Shown here: positions 11,671 to 20,989 of the stretch, in pieces
Position numbering within the stretch: position 1 is the first letter of the stretch
How the letters are laid out: each line of letters starts with the position of its first letter
Assembly: GCA_026400735.1 (NCBI GenBank)
Contig: JAPLOL010000111.1
Span: forward strand, 1,680 to 65,679
Reading direction: 5' to 3'
Length of the DNA stretch: 64,000 nucleotides
Source of the DNA: Alphaproteobacteria bacterium
GTDB taxonomy: Bacteria > Pseudomonadota > Alphaproteobacteria > Caulobacterales > Aquidulcibacteraceae
The notes under the pieces: generated by a model
Databases searched by the model: none
Told to the model about the DNA's origin: nothing
Seen by the model: the letters and a program-made list of their open reading frames with translations, nothing else
Position numbers and translations under genes: made by a program

Positions 11671-12930
11671 CTAAAGCGAAAGCGCACTCCGTGACTCCGC
11701 CGTCACGACGTCTTCACGCACATAGCCAGTGCGTCCGTCCGCGAGCGTCACCCGCAGCCACCAATGCTCGCCTTCACGGATTTTGCCTGTGGCTTGCATT
11801 TGTGCTGCGGCCGGGACGCGTACAATCACCCGCGCGTTGCGTCGCGGCGCCACACGAACCTTTGCGCCTGCCCGTCCGGCATTTACGCCGACGGTTGGCG
11901 CAATATCCGTCACGCCCGCGATCACCTGCGCCACTGGCGGCGCAGAGAACGTGACGACATCCTCACGCACAAACCCGACGCGTCCGTCTTCAAGCGCAAC
12001 GCGAAACCACCATTGGCCTTGCACCATACGTCGTCCGGTTACGCGCATTGGCGTACGCGCAGGCGCCTCCAAAATCAGCTCGCCTGTTGTCAGCGGATAA
12101 TCACGCACGTTCGCGCCGTTGCGTCCGGCGTAGAGAGGGCGCTCCGGCGCGTACTCTTGGACTGAGACGTCCATCGGGGAGTAGGGCGGGTCTTCGGCTG
12201 TGATCGCCTCAGCGGCAGTTGTGACGCTCGCCCAGCTTGCGCGCGCTTGCGTGAGTAGCTCAGGCTTCACAATCACGCCGACCACTGATGCTGCCACCGC
12301 CCCGAGAAATAGGACGCGGAGCAATGGAAAACGCGGCGCAGTCACGCGCCGTATCTGCCTCTCCAGTTCGCGCTGTTCTGCCTTGCGCAACTTGCGCTCC
12401 TCCTTCCGCGCTTGAGCTTCGGCGCGACGCGCATCGCGCCCGCTATCTTGGGGCGCTGTCTGGGGCGCCACAGCAGCGGCGTGCAGTCGCTCAACACTTC
12501 GGAGCGCGGATTCAAGACGACGCTGTCCGTCGTAGAAGCCCGAATTGGCGATAGATGGGTCGGAATAAAAGTAGACAGTATTTAGGCCTGCGAGTTCGCG
12601 CGCGGCGCCATGCAGAGGCGCAGGCAACACCAGCACCACGCGTTTGCCGAGGCGCTGTGCTTCCTCGACCTCCCATACACACAGATCTGCGTTCGCGGAT
12701 TCGGTAGTCAGCACCAACACCAGCGCGTCGGCATCTTCGATCAAGCGCCCGAGACGCTCTTCCCAACCTACGCCGCCGCTCTCATAGCGATCTAGCAGCG
12801 GCTGGAAGCCCGCATTGTGGAGGAAGGCGCCAAGCTGGTCGGCGAACCCCATATCCGCACGAGCATGTGAGACAAACACCCTGATCCGGTTGTCAGCCGC
12901 AAAGCCGCGCGCGTTCGCCATGGCGCCCAT
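11671..12930 (-). CDS. TIR domain - coiled coil - TM helix - two bacterial SH3 (SH3b) domains
   Basis: The N-terminus IRVFVSHARADMGFADQL...ADALVLVLTTES...WEVEEA is TIR_2-like, followed by a charged ARKEERKLRKAEQRELERQ segment and the TM helix LLRVLFLGAVAASVVGVIV. Two repeats follow (ANVRDYP...WWFRVALEDGRVGFVREDVV and AKVRVAP...WWLRVTLADGRTGYVREDVV). Confidence 0.8.
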   Translation of the reverse strand: MGAMANARGFAADNRIRVFVSHARADMGFADQLGAFLHNAGFQPLLDRYESGGVGWEERLGRLIEDADALVLVLTTESANADLCVWEVEEAQRLGKRVVLVLPAPLHGAARELAGLNTVYFYSDPSIANSGFYDGQRRLESALRSVERLHAAAVAPQTAPQDSGRDARRAEAQARKEERKLRKAEQRELERQIRRVTAPRFPLLRVLFLGAVAASVVGVIVKPELLTQARASWASVTTAAEAITAEDPPYSPMDVSVQEYAPERPLYAGRNGANVRDYPLTTGELILEAPARTPMRVTGRRMVQGQWWFRVALEDGRVGFVREDVVTFSAPPVAQVIAGVTDIAPTVGVNAGRAGAKVRVAPRRNARVIVRVPAAAQMQATGKIREGEHWWLRVTLADGRTGYVREDVVTAESRSALSL

Positions 12931-13080
12931 TTAGGCTGCTCCTCACATCAGGGAAACGCTCAAGCGATCAGTATGGATTGTCCAACCTGAACGGCAGTGT
13001 AGCGCCGGTCACGGTCAGCAGGTCCAACCGGGGCTAGGTTCTTATCGTCGTCTCCAGCGACGAAGGAAGGAGCCCCACCA

Positions 13081-13176
13081 ATGTTGATCCGTTTCGCCTG
13101 CATCATGCTCGCGATGACCGCTTTCGTGCCCGGCGCCTTCGCCGCGCTCACCCAAGCGGCCCAAATCGTCGCCTAA
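13081..13176 (+). CDS. 31-aa signal-peptide-like small ORF (hypothetical)
   Basis: An AAGGAAGGAG Shine-Dalgarno lies 8 nt upstream of the ATG. The product is MLIRFACIMLAMTAFVPGAFAALTQAAQIVA (AFA-A cleavage-like site). It is too short for the supplied ORF track. Confidence 0.25.
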   Translation: MLIRFACIMLAMTAFVPGAFAALTQAAQIVA

Positions 13177-13385
13177 TCGGCCCTCGCCGCAAAAATATTT
13201 CGCGACAAGCGGAGGACTCGATCTGGGAGTCTGGCGGATCAGCGGCCACCACATCTTGCGCCATTCTCCTAAGTTGCTGATTTAGCGCGACTCTTTGGAC
13301 TCCTTTTGTTCCGCAAGCTCCTGATTCCGTAAAGATTTCATTAAGGATCAGGACTCATTTTGCCGACCGCATTGGGGTCGGTACG

Positions 13386-13679
13386 ATGTCGAAACATGGC
13401 TCCGCCTTGCTCAGCGTAGGTCTGGGTGCGGCGATCCTCTATCTCGGCGCGCAAGCCGTCACGGGCCGTCAGGGCCTCGTGGCGTACGTTGATCTGCAAG
13501 CGCAGGAGCGCGTCCTTGAACAGCGCGTCGCCCAACTCTCAGAGGAAGAGGCAAATCTCCAAGCCCGTGCCGCCCGCTTGCAACCAGGTGAGCATTTCGA
13601 TCGCGACTACTTGGACGAACGCGCTCGCATCACGCTTGCTGCCGGTGACGGCGAAGAGATTGTCTTCGATCTCAACTAG
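13386..13679 (+). CDS. ftsB: septum formation initiator (FtsB/DivIC family)
   Basis: It has one TM helix plus a leucine-zipper coiled coil. It sits in the conserved alphaproteobacterial position between eno and pdhA. Confidence 0.8.
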   Translation: MSKHGSALLSVGLGAAILYLGAQAVTGRQGLVAYVDLQAQERVLEQRVAQLSEEEANLQARAARLQPGEHFDRDYLDERARITLAAGDGEEIVFDLN

Positions 13680-13807
13680 CTCTGCTGCAATGCAGCATCG
13701 CAAACCTTCCTAGCGAGCCAAGTCATTCCCGCATAAGAGGATCGCGCAGCGAGCCGTGGACACTGCGCGCGCGTGCAGCGTTACGTAGCGGCGGAGGACG
13801 GCCACCG

Positions 13808-14800
13808 ATGGCGAAAGCGAACGGCAAGCAAGCAAGCGCAGAAGCGACCAAAGACGAATTGCTTCAGTACTATCGCGACATGCTGCTGATCCGCCGCTTC
13901 GAAGAGCGCGCCGGCCAGCTTTACGGCATGGGTCTGATCGGCGGCTTCTGTCACCTCTACATCGGCCAAGAGGCGGTCGTCGTCGGAATGCAAGCTGCCC
14001 TAACAGAGGGCGACCAAGTCATCACCGCCTATCGCGATCACGGCCACATGCTCGCAGCGGGCATGGAAGCCAACGGTGTCATGGCTGAGCTAACAGGCCG
14101 CAGCGGCGGCTACTCGCGCGGCAAAGGCGGCTCGATGCACATGTTCAGCACCGAGAAGGCGTTCTACGGCGGCCACGGCATCGTCGGCGCACAAGTTTCG
14201 CTCGGCACCGGCCTCGCGTTCGCGAACCAGTACCGCAAGGACGGCAAAGTCTGCCTGACGTATTTCGGCGACGGCGCGGCCAACCAAGGCCAAGTCTACG
14301 AAAGCTTCAACATGGCAGCGCTATGGAAGCTCCCGGTCGTCTACATCGTCGAGAACAATCAGTACGCGATGGGCACCGCGATCCAGCGTTCAAGCTCGGA
14401 AACGCATCTCCATAAGCGCGGCATCAGTTTCAATATTCCCGGCGAAGAAGTGGACGGCATGGATGTCGTCGCTGTGCGCGAAGCCGGTAAACGCGCCGTC
14501 GAAAATGCCCGCGCAGGTAACGGTCCGACTTTGCTCGAAATGAAAACTTACCGTTATCGCGGCCACTCGATGTCGGACCCGGCCAAGTATCGCACCAAAG
14601 AAGAAGTCGACGAGCAAAAGGCCAAGCGCGATCCGATCGACCACGTGAAGAAGCTCATCACCGATGCGGGCTACGCGAGCGACGACGATCTCAAAGCCAT
14701 CGACCGCGAAATCCGCGCAGTCGTCACCGACAGCGCGACCTTCGCGCAGGAAAGCCCAGAGCCGGATCCGAGCGAACTGATGACGGATATCTATCTGTGA
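13808..14800 (+). CDS. pdhA: pyruvate dehydrogenase E1 component, alpha subunit
   Basis: It has the TPP-binding region GDGAANQGQVYESFNMAALWKLPVVYIVENNQYAMGT and YRYRGHSMSDP. Confidence 0.95.
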   Translation: MAKANGKQASAEATKDELLQYYRDMLLIRRFEERAGQLYGMGLIGGFCHLYIGQEAVVVGMQAALTEGDQVITAYRDHGHMLAAGMEANGVMAELTGRSGGYSRGKGGSMHMFSTEKAFYGGHGIVGAQVSLGTGLAFANQYRKDGKVCLTYFGDGAANQGQVYESFNMAALWKLPVVYIVENNQYAMGTAIQRSSSETHLHKRGISFNIPGEEVDGMDVVAVREAGKRAVENARAGNGPTLLEMKTYRYRGHSMSDPAKYRTKEEVDEQKAKRDPIDHVKKLITDAGYASDDDLKAIDREIRAVVTDSATFAQESPEPDPSELMTDIYL

Positions 14801-15255
14801 ACGACACGCCAACTTACACGGTCGCGGCCAACCTCCGTTGGTTTGGTCTCTTCTACGTCGCTGCTGTCGTCGTCTTGGTGGTGATCGTCGGCGTTCTGCA
14901 AACTATGGGCGTTGAGTTGCCGACGACCGGCCTCGGCATCGGCCTGTTTGCTGGGGTCGTCGCAGCTGCGGGTCAACGCTTTGCGACGCGGCGCGCTTGG
15001 ACCAGCCGCGATCGCAACCTGCTTGCGCTCGGCTACATGATCGTGGCGGCGTCGATTTCTTGCTTGGTCGCGGCGTCACTGATCGTCGTCGACTCGAGCA
15101 CATACGATGAGATAGCGCGCAGCGGCGCCTTGGCTGGAATGGCTGTGCTGGTCGTGGCGGTCGTGGGCGCAATCTATTTCGTCACGGCGCGCCTGACATT
15201 GAGGCTGATCGCGCGACAACTTGCGGCGAAAATCGGGGGAACGCATGACGCCTGA
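14797..15255 (+). CDS. hypothetical 4-TM membrane protein inserted in the pdh operon
   Basis: Its GTG start overlaps the pdhA stop (GTGA). It has four hydrophobic segments and no recognisable domain. Confidence 0.55.
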   Translation: MNDTPTYTVAANLRWFGLFYVAAVVVLVVIVGVLQTMGVELPTTGLGIGLFAGVVAAAGQRFATRRAWTSRDRNLLALGYMIVAASISCLVAASLIVVDSSTYDEIARSGALAGMAVLVVAVVGAIYFVTARLTLRLIARQLAAKIGGTHDA

Positions 15256-15643
15256 ACTCACTTATCTCCTTTACTCGATCATTCTGCTGTTCGTGATCGT
15301 GTTCATCCAGGCCAGCGCCGGCATCCGTCAGCACGGTGGCTTGGTGCTCGCGAACAATCGCGACAATCTGCCTGGCGCGAATACGTTTGCGGCCAGGGCT
15401 AAGCGCAACGTCGACAACATGCGCGAGAACCTCTGGTTCTTCGTGCCGGCTGCACTGATCGTGGCCATCACAGACGCGTCGACATCGTGGACGGTGCTCG
15501 GCTCGCAAATCTTCTTCTTCGCGCGCCTCGCGCACTCGATCACCTACCTCGCGGGCTGGCCGTTCATTCGTCCGCTGTTCTGGGCGGCCGGCATCGCAGG
15601 CTGTGCGCTCATCTTCCTCTCACTCTTCGGGATCCTCGTCTGA
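15245..15643 (+). CDS. MAPEG family membrane protein
   Basis: The [23 protein letters not shown]...[17 protein letters not shown] pattern resembles MAPEG/inner-membrane YecN-like proteins. Its stop overlaps the pdhB start. Confidence 0.65.
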   Translation: MTPELTYLLYSIILLFVIVFIQASAGIRQHGGLVLANNRDNLPGANTFAARAKRNVDNMRENLWFFVPAALIVAITDASTSWTVLGSQIFFFARLAHSITYLAGWPFIRPLFWAAGIAGCALIFLSLFGILV

Positions 15644-16995
15644 TGACGCAAATCCTCATGCCCGCGCTTTCTCCGACGATGGAGGAGGGCAATCTTACGA
15701 AGTGGCTCGTCAAAGTCGGGGACACGATCGAACCCGGGCAAGTCATCGCCGAGATCGAAACCGATAAGGCGACGATGGAAGTCGAAGCCGTTGACGAAGG
15801 CACGGTAACGGAGCTGCTCGTCGAAGAGGGCGCGCAAGGCGTGAAGGTGAATACGCCGATCGCCGTGTTGAGCGGCGAAGGCGAGGCGCCTGCGCCGAAG
15901 CAGGACGCAAAGAAGCCGGTGCCTTCGGAAGTGCGCGATGAGCCGGTGAAGACCGCGCGCGCCGTGCCGACCTCAGCGGCTCTGGCCGATCCGGAAATCC
16001 CTGCCGGGACGCAGATGATCAAGATCACGTTGCGCGACGCATTGCGTGACGCGATGGCGGAAGAGATGCGCCGCGACGATCGCGTGTTCCTCATGGGTGA
16101 GGAAGTCGCGGAATACCAAGGCGCCTACAAAGTCAGCCGCGAATTGCTGCAAGAGTTTGGCCCAACTCGAGTGGTTGATACGCCAATCACCGAGCACGGC
16201 TTCGCAGGCCTCGGCGTCGGCGCCGCAATGGCGGGCCTAAAGCCGATCGTCGAATTCATGACCTGGAACTTCGCGATGCAAGCGATCGACCAGATCATCA
16301 ATTCCGCTGCCAAGACGCTCTACATGTCCGGCGGGCAGATCAAATCATCGATCGTCTTCCGCGGGCCCAACGGCGCAGCCTCGCGCGTCGCCGCGCAACA
16401 CAGCCAGGACTATTCATCCTGGTACAGTCACATCCCGGGCCTCATCGTCATCGCGCCTTACGACGCCGCCGACGCCAAGGGCTTGCTCAAAGCCGCGATC
16501 CGCAACCCGAACCCTGTGGTCTTCCTCGAGCATGAGATGCTCTACGGCCATGAGTTCGAGATCCCTGACGTCGCCGATTGGATCGTGCCCATCGGAAAAG
16601 CCAAGGTTCGCCGCGAAGGCGTCGACGTTACGATCTCGACGCACTCGCGTATGGTCGGTCATGCGTTGAAGGCTGCCGATGAATTATCGAAGCTAGGCAT
16701 CGAAGCGGAAGTGATCGATCTGCGCACATTGCGCCCGCTCGACACGGACACTGTCATCGAGAGCGTGAAGAAGACTAACCGCCTCGTCACCGTGGAAGAG
16801 GGTTGGGGTCAATCCGGCGTTGGCGCGGAAGTCTGCGCACGCGTGACCAGCGAAGCGTTCGACTATCTCGACGCGCCACCGACACGGGTCCACCAAGTCG
16901 ATGCGCCTCTGGCTTACGCTGCCAACCTTGAAGCGCTCGCGCTGCCAAGCGTCGAGAAGATCGTCGATGCGGTGAAAGCGGTGACCTACCGGTGA
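15643..16995 (+). CDS. pdhB: pyruvate dehydrogenase E1 component, beta subunit with N-terminal lipoyl domain
   Basis: The internal ATG gives [27 protein letters not shown]...[13 protein letters not shown] (lipoyl-Lys motif). A transketolase-like pyrimidine-binding and C-terminal domain follows. Confidence 0.95.
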   Translation: MTQILMPALSPTMEEGNLTKWLVKVGDTIEPGQVIAEIETDKATMEVEAVDEGTVTELLVEEGAQGVKVNTPIAVLSGEGEAPAPKQDAKKPVPSEVRDEPVKTARAVPTSAALADPEIPAGTQMIKITLRDALRDAMAEEMRRDDRVFLMGEEVAEYQGAYKVSRELLQEFGPTRVVDTPITEHGFAGLGVGAAMAGLKPIVEFMTWNFAMQAIDQIINSAAKTLYMSGGQIKSSIVFRGPNGAASRVAAQHSQDYSSWYSHIPGLIVIAPYDAADAKGLLKAAIRNPNPVVFLEHEMLYGHEFEIPDVADWIVPIGKAKVRREGVDVTISTHSRMVGHALKAADELSKLGIEAEVIDLRTLRPLDTDTVIESVKKTNRLVTVEEGWGQSGVGAEVCARVTSEAFDYLDAPPTRVHQVDAPLAYAANLEALALPSVEKIVDAVKAVTYR

Positions 16996-17405
16996 TCTAC
17001 CACGGCGCATGCCATTGCGGCGTCGTTCACGCCGAATACGAGACGAACCAACCGGTCCGGCTTCGCCAAGACGGGTGTGGCTTTTGCTCATCACGCGGCG
17101 TGAAATCGGCAAGCGACCCGGGAGGACGCGTTGCGCTGACGGCGGCAAAGCGTCTGACGCGCTATCGCTTCGGCCATAAGACGGCGGACTTTCTGATCTG
17201 TCCCGACTGCGGGACCTACGTGGCGACATCCATGGAAAGCCCACGCGGCCGCCTTGGCGTCATCAATGTGGTTGGCCTCAACATCAACGAACTGAAGCAT
17301 CTGCCTGCGACACTCACCAGCCTTGAGGGCGAGACCAATAACGAGCGTATCGCCCGCCGCGTCTCGCGCTGGACGCCGTTGACGCTTACGGAGGCCGCAT
17401 CATGA
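16992..17405 (+). CDS. GFA (glutathione-dependent formaldehyde-activating/CENP-V-like) family protein
   Basis: It has Cys clusters [16 protein letters not shown] and CPDCGTYV. Its GTG start overlaps the pdhB stop. Confidence 0.75.
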   Translation: MIYHGACHCGVVHAEYETNQPVRLRQDGCGFCSSRGVKSASDPGGRVALTAAKRLTRYRFGHKTADFLICPDCGTYVATSMESPRGRLGVINVVGLNINELKHLPATLTSLEGETNNERIARRVSRWTPLTLTEAAS

Positions 17406-17845
17406 GCGAAGGCGAAGTTGTCGAGCAATTGATTGGCTACATGAGCCTCTTGCTGCTCGGCGTGTCGATCATCTTCACGGTCGTCTCGACCTACATCGTC
17501 GCGCTCAATTATTTTGTTGGTGACGCTCATCTTATCGCGCGTGTCGGCGCCTTCGCGTTCGTGTCGCTTATCCTGTCGCTGCTGCTCGTCGTGATGCTCG
17601 GCGCTGAGAGCACGCACGCGAGTTTGATTGCGCGCTTGGCCGAATTCGAGGCGAGCGGCGAGATCAGCGCTGCCGGGCGTGGTGCGTTAGCGAACGCGCG
17701 CAACGGCATCGACGGCCTCGTGCGCATTCTGCTCTGGCTCGGCATGGTCTCGGTCTTCGCCGCGCTCGCCTACATGACATTCTTGCATCGCTGGAGACCG
17801 GACATCGTCAACGTCCAGATCCAATCGAAGAAAGCCGCTTCGTAA
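17402..17845 (+). CDS. hypothetical 3-TM membrane protein inserted in the pdh operon
   Basis: Its start overlaps the stop of the GFA gene and its stop overlaps the pdhC ATG (TAATG). It has no recognisable domain. Confidence 0.55.
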   Translation: MSEGEVVEQLIGYMSLLLLGVSIIFTVVSTYIVALNYFVGDAHLIARVGAFAFVSLILSLLLVVMLGAESTHASLIARLAEFEASGEISAAGRGALANARNGIDGLVRILLWLGMVSVFAALAYMTFLHRWRPDIVNVQIQSKKAAS

Positions 17846-19140
17846 TGACGACTCAGATCACCATGCCTGCGCTGTCGCCGACGATGGAGGAGGGGAACCT
17901 CGCCAAGTGGCACGTCAAAGCGGGCGACAAGATCGAGCCTGGTCAAGTCATCGCCGAGATCGAGACCGACAAAGCGACGATGGAAGTCGAAGCTGTCGAC
18001 GAAGGCGTGATCGAAGAGATTTTGGTGCCGGAGGGCAGTCAAGGCGTGAAGGTCAACACGCCCATCGCCACGCTTTCCGGTGAGGGTGACGCGGCAAAGC
18101 CTGCACCAAAGCAGCAAGCCAAGGCCGAGCCGAGCGCTGCAAAACAACAACCAGCCGAGGCAACGTCAAAGCGGGCTCCCGCCCAGCAGACCGCCCAAAC
18201 GACACCAAGCGAACGCGTGCTGGCGTCACCTCTTGCGCGTCGTCTCGCCGAGCAAGGCGGGATCGATCTCAGTGGCTTGAACGGCTCCGGCCCGAACGGC
18301 CGAATTGTGAAAGCTGATATCGAAGCCGCCGCTAAATCACCGCGTGCAGCGCCGCAGCAACAAGCAGCGCAGCAATCGCGCGAAGTGTCGAAGCCTGCGC
18401 CTACCCAAGCGCCGCCGCCGGCAACATTGGAGAGCTACGGCATCCGCAACGGCTCCTATGACCTCGTGCCTCTCGATTTGATGCGTAAGACCATTGCCAA
18501 ACGTATGACGGCATCGTTCCGCGACGTGCCGCACTTTCCGCTGACGATCGATCTTGAGATCGACGCGCTCCTGAAAGCCCGCGGCGAGATCAACAAGCGC
18601 TTCGCCGACAATGGCGTGAAGATCTCCGTCAACGACATGTGCATCAAGGCGGCGGCGTTAGCGCTCAAGCTCGTTCCGGAAGCTAACGCGAGCTACACGC
18701 CCGACGGGATAGCGTTGCACCATCACGCAGATGTGGCGGTAGCGGTGGCAATCCCTCACGGGCTGATCACGCCGATCGTTTGGGCCGCTGAAACAAAGGG
18801 GCTCGCACAAATCAGTGCGGAGATGGGCGATCTAGCGCTTCGCGCACGCGAGCGAAAACTGAAGCCAGAGGAGTTCCAAGGGGGCACGTTCTCCATCTCG
18901 AACATGGGCATGCTTGGCATCAAAAGCTTTGCCTCGATCATCAATGAGCCGCACGGCATGATCATGTCGATTGGCGCTGGCGAGAAGCGACCGATCGTAA
19001 AGAACGATGCGCTCGCAATCGCGACAATGATGACTGTCACGGTGACCTGCGATCACCGCGTCGTCGACGGTGCACTCGGCGCCGCATTTCTGAAAGCGTT
19101 CAAGAGCTTCCTGGAAGATCCAATGGCGATGCTGCTGTAG
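17845..19140 (+). CDS. pdhC: dihydrolipoamide acetyltransferase (PDH E2)
   Basis: It has a lipoyl domain ([13 protein letters not shown]), an E3-binding domain ([28 protein letters not shown]) and the catalytic DHRVVDG. Confidence 0.95.
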   Translation: MTTQITMPALSPTMEEGNLAKWHVKAGDKIEPGQVIAEIETDKATMEVEAVDEGVIEEILVPEGSQGVKVNTPIATLSGEGDAAKPAPKQQAKAEPSAAKQQPAEATSKRAPAQQTAQTTPSERVLASPLARRLAEQGGIDLSGLNGSGPNGRIVKADIEAAAKSPRAAPQQQAAQQSREVSKPAPTQAPPPATLESYGIRNGSYDLVPLDLMRKTIAKRMTASFRDVPHFPLTIDLEIDALLKARGEINKRFADNGVKISVNDMCIKAAALALKLVPEANASYTPDGIALHHHADVAVAVAIPHGLITPIVWAAETKGLAQISAEMGDLALRARERKLKPEEFQGGTFSISNMGMLGIKSFASIINEPHGMIMSIGAGEKRPIVKNDALAIATMMTVTVTCDHRVVDGALGAAFLKAFKSFLEDPMAMLL

Positions 19141-19143
19141 CGC

Positions 19144-19449
19144 ATGAGCGTACGCGAGGGTTTCCTACGCATCGAAGTACTGTACTGGCGGCGTTGGTGG
19201 TTGCTCATTGTCGCTCCGGCCGTGATGTTCGCCTATCGGCTTCTGGAGCAGCCAGCGCCGTTCGGAATGCATCCCGCAGTCTGGCTCGCGGCGAAGGCAA
19301 TCCTATTGGGCGCGGCCAGCATGATGACATTGGCGCTCATCGCTTGGTTGATCCTTGGCTTCATTGCGCCACCGGCGGCGTGGGAGCTCCAGCTGGAGCC
19401 CGCGCGTAAGCCCTCATCACGCAATGAACCGGACGCGCCCAACGCTTGA
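19144..19449 (+). CDS. hypothetical 2-TM membrane protein
   Basis: It starts 4 nt after the pdhC stop and has two hydrophobic helices. Confidence 0.45.
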   Translation: MSVREGFLRIEVLYWRRWWLLIVAPAVMFAYRLLEQPAPFGMHPAVWLAAKAILLGAASMMTLALIAWLILGFIAPPAAWELQLEPARKPSSRNEPDAPNA

Positions 19450-19558
19450 CTCTCGCAAGCCCACCTTCTGAAGTGGTCAGGGGGAGCAGACCACGCAGAG
19501 CGTAGACACACTCGTAGATCAGCTCGTTTCAACGGCTGGCGATCTCTGGTTCGCTGCC

Positions 19559-19936
19559 TTGATTGGGCAATTCTTTGTCATGGTTTGCGAGTCCGCTAAG
19601 CCGAAGCCAGAGGATGGCGAAGATCGGGGCGGGCCGCGCGGTTTTGCGCTGCTGGTGACGATCCTCAGCTTGCTGACGCCGCTTCTGCTATTCCTGCACG
19701 CCTTCCTATCAGGCAGTGGTGCACTCATTGCCGTTGTTGTCGCCATCTTCGGGGCCGTCCTGACAGCGACGATCGTTGGATGGATTATTCGCGCTGCGAT
19801 CCCGGGGGTTGCACGCACGCTGAACCGCGCCGCGCCGATTCTGGCGGTGCCGGTATTCTTGCTCGCGCTTTACGTCAGCTGGGAAACGGTGTTCGGTTTC
19901 ATCAACGGCATTGTGACCGCAGGCGCCGGCGGCTGA
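19559..19936 (+). CDS. hypothetical membrane protein, paralogue 1 of 3 (start uncertain or degraded)
   Basis: It shares the pattern P-x-(E/D)E-x...hydrophobic-LTP-hydrophobic-L-x-(H/Y)(G/A)(Y/F) with 20009..20458 and 20549..20989. Homology continues upstream to 19514 without a canonical start codon. Confidence 0.45.
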   Translation: MIGQFFVMVCESAKPKPEDGEDRGGPRGFALLVTILSLLTPLLLFLHAFLSGSGALIAVVVAIFGAVLTATIVGWIIRAAIPGVARTLNRAAPILAVPVFLLALYVSWETVFGFINGIVTAGAGG

Positions 19937-20008
19937 CGCGCAACTACCCTTGCGCAACCGTTGCGAACTATCCCGCGTATGCGTTAGGTGCACGCCGCGA
20001 GGGAGACC

Positions 20009-20458
20009 ATGGACGCGCTAATCTCGACTGCGGGGCTTGGCTATTTCGTTGCTGTGGCCGCGGTGTTCATCGCCGCTCTGATCGCGAAGGCAGGCGCCGC
20101 ACGCGCGCCGAATGAAGAGCCCACGCGTCCAGGATTTGTGATGGCGTCTCTGGCTTTCGCGAGTGCGCTAACGCCCGCCGTGCTTGCGCTCTATGGCTAC
20201 TCGATCACTGCGGAAACTGGTCAGCGGATCGTGTTGATGGCGGCTCCAATTGTCGCCGGCTTTCTGGGGTCGATGGTTGGTGCGCTTATCGGTCTCGTCA
20301 CCCGTGATGCGCGGGTCATGTTTCGGATGGCGAGCATCGTTGCTGGCTTTGCAGCCCTGATCGTGGCCTTGGGTGTTGTGTTGCCTCGGGTCGACACGGC
20401 TTGGGCGGCCGAACAAACCGCCAAAATCGTAGGCGCTGCCGAAGCCCTGACCGACTAG
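20009..20458 (+). CDS. hypothetical membrane protein, paralogue 2 of 3
   Basis: A GGGAG Shine-Dalgarno precedes the ATG at 20009. The N-terminus MDALISTAGLGYF aligns with the upstream extension of paralogue 1, and there are four TM segments. Confidence 0.6.
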   Translation: MDALISTAGLGYFVAVAAVFIAALIAKAGAARAPNEEPTRPGFVMASLAFASALTPAVLALYGYSITAETGQRIVLMAAPIVAGFLGSMVGALIGLVTRDARVMFRMASIVAGFAALIVALGVVLPRVDTAWAAEQTAKIVGAAEALTD

Positions 20459-20548
20459 CGTCACGTAACTGCCGCGCCCGGTGAGTTAGCGACGAGCGGC
20501 GCCGTCGAATCTCTCCACAGGGGGCCGGCGCGCACCTATGATCGCTGC

Positions 20549-20989
20549 ATGCTGGAAGCGCTGATTCAGATCGTCGGGCCGATGTTTCTGTTGGCCATTG
20601 CGCTTGAGATGATCTCGGTCATGGTCGAGCAATGGGGCGCGGCGCGCTCACCCGATGAGGAGGCGCCAAAGCACAACGCGCTCGCCTTGCTGGCGCTGGT
20701 GCTGACGATTTTGACGCCTGGCCTGTTGCTCGCGCACGGCTACGTCTTAACGCACGGCCGGGATCAGACGTTGCTCGTGATCGCTTTGGGGCTGCCGATA
20801 GCGGCCGTGCTTATTGGGGCGCTGCTTGGTGCGATATTAGGTGCGGCTTTGAATGGAGCAGCGCCAGTCATGCGCAAACTCGCGCTGCCACTCGACATCG
20901 CCGCGTTCGGCGTGACGATCTATGCAACGCTCGCGACAATCCAGGCGCTGGTCCAAGCCGCACAAAACGGCGGCGTTGTCGCGCCCTAG
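20549..20989 (+). CDS. hypothetical membrane protein, paralogue 3 of 3
   Basis: SPDEEAPKHNALALLALVLTILTPGLLLAHGY aligns with PNEEPTRPGFVMASLAFASALTPAVLALYGY in paralogue 2. Confidence 0.6.
   Translation: MLEALIQIVGPMFLLAIALEMISVMVEQWGAARSPDEEAPKHNALALLALVLTILTPGLLLAHGYVLTHGRDQTLLVIALGLPIAAVLIGALLGAILGAALNGAAPVMRKLALPLDIAAFGVTIYATLATIQALVQAAQNGGVVAP

Noticed and set aside
10960-12930. Calling the TIR gene plus its neighbour a Thoeris-like system.
   Set aside because: There is no ThsA-type (SIR2/SLOG or TM) effector. The neighbour is a cysteine-dioxygenase-like cupin, and the architecture differs from described Thoeris ThsB proteins.
13278-13288. Exact 11-mer TGATTTAGCGC, the subfamily B core, occurs between the TIR gene and ftsB. 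A CC(A)CCTTCTGAAGTGGTCAG fragment at 19461-19480 resembles the copy at 56141.
   Set aside because: These are too short, and their flanks do not align with the family. They could be relics or chance, so I did not call them repeat copies.
13683-13697. Perfect palindrome TGCTGCAATGCAGCA just downstream of the ftsB stop, considered as a terminator or operator upstream of pdhA.
   Set aside because: It has a 7-bp arm and a 1-nt spacer. Several such palindromes are expected by chance in 64 kb, it has no T-tract, and a 1-nt loop cannot form a hairpin.
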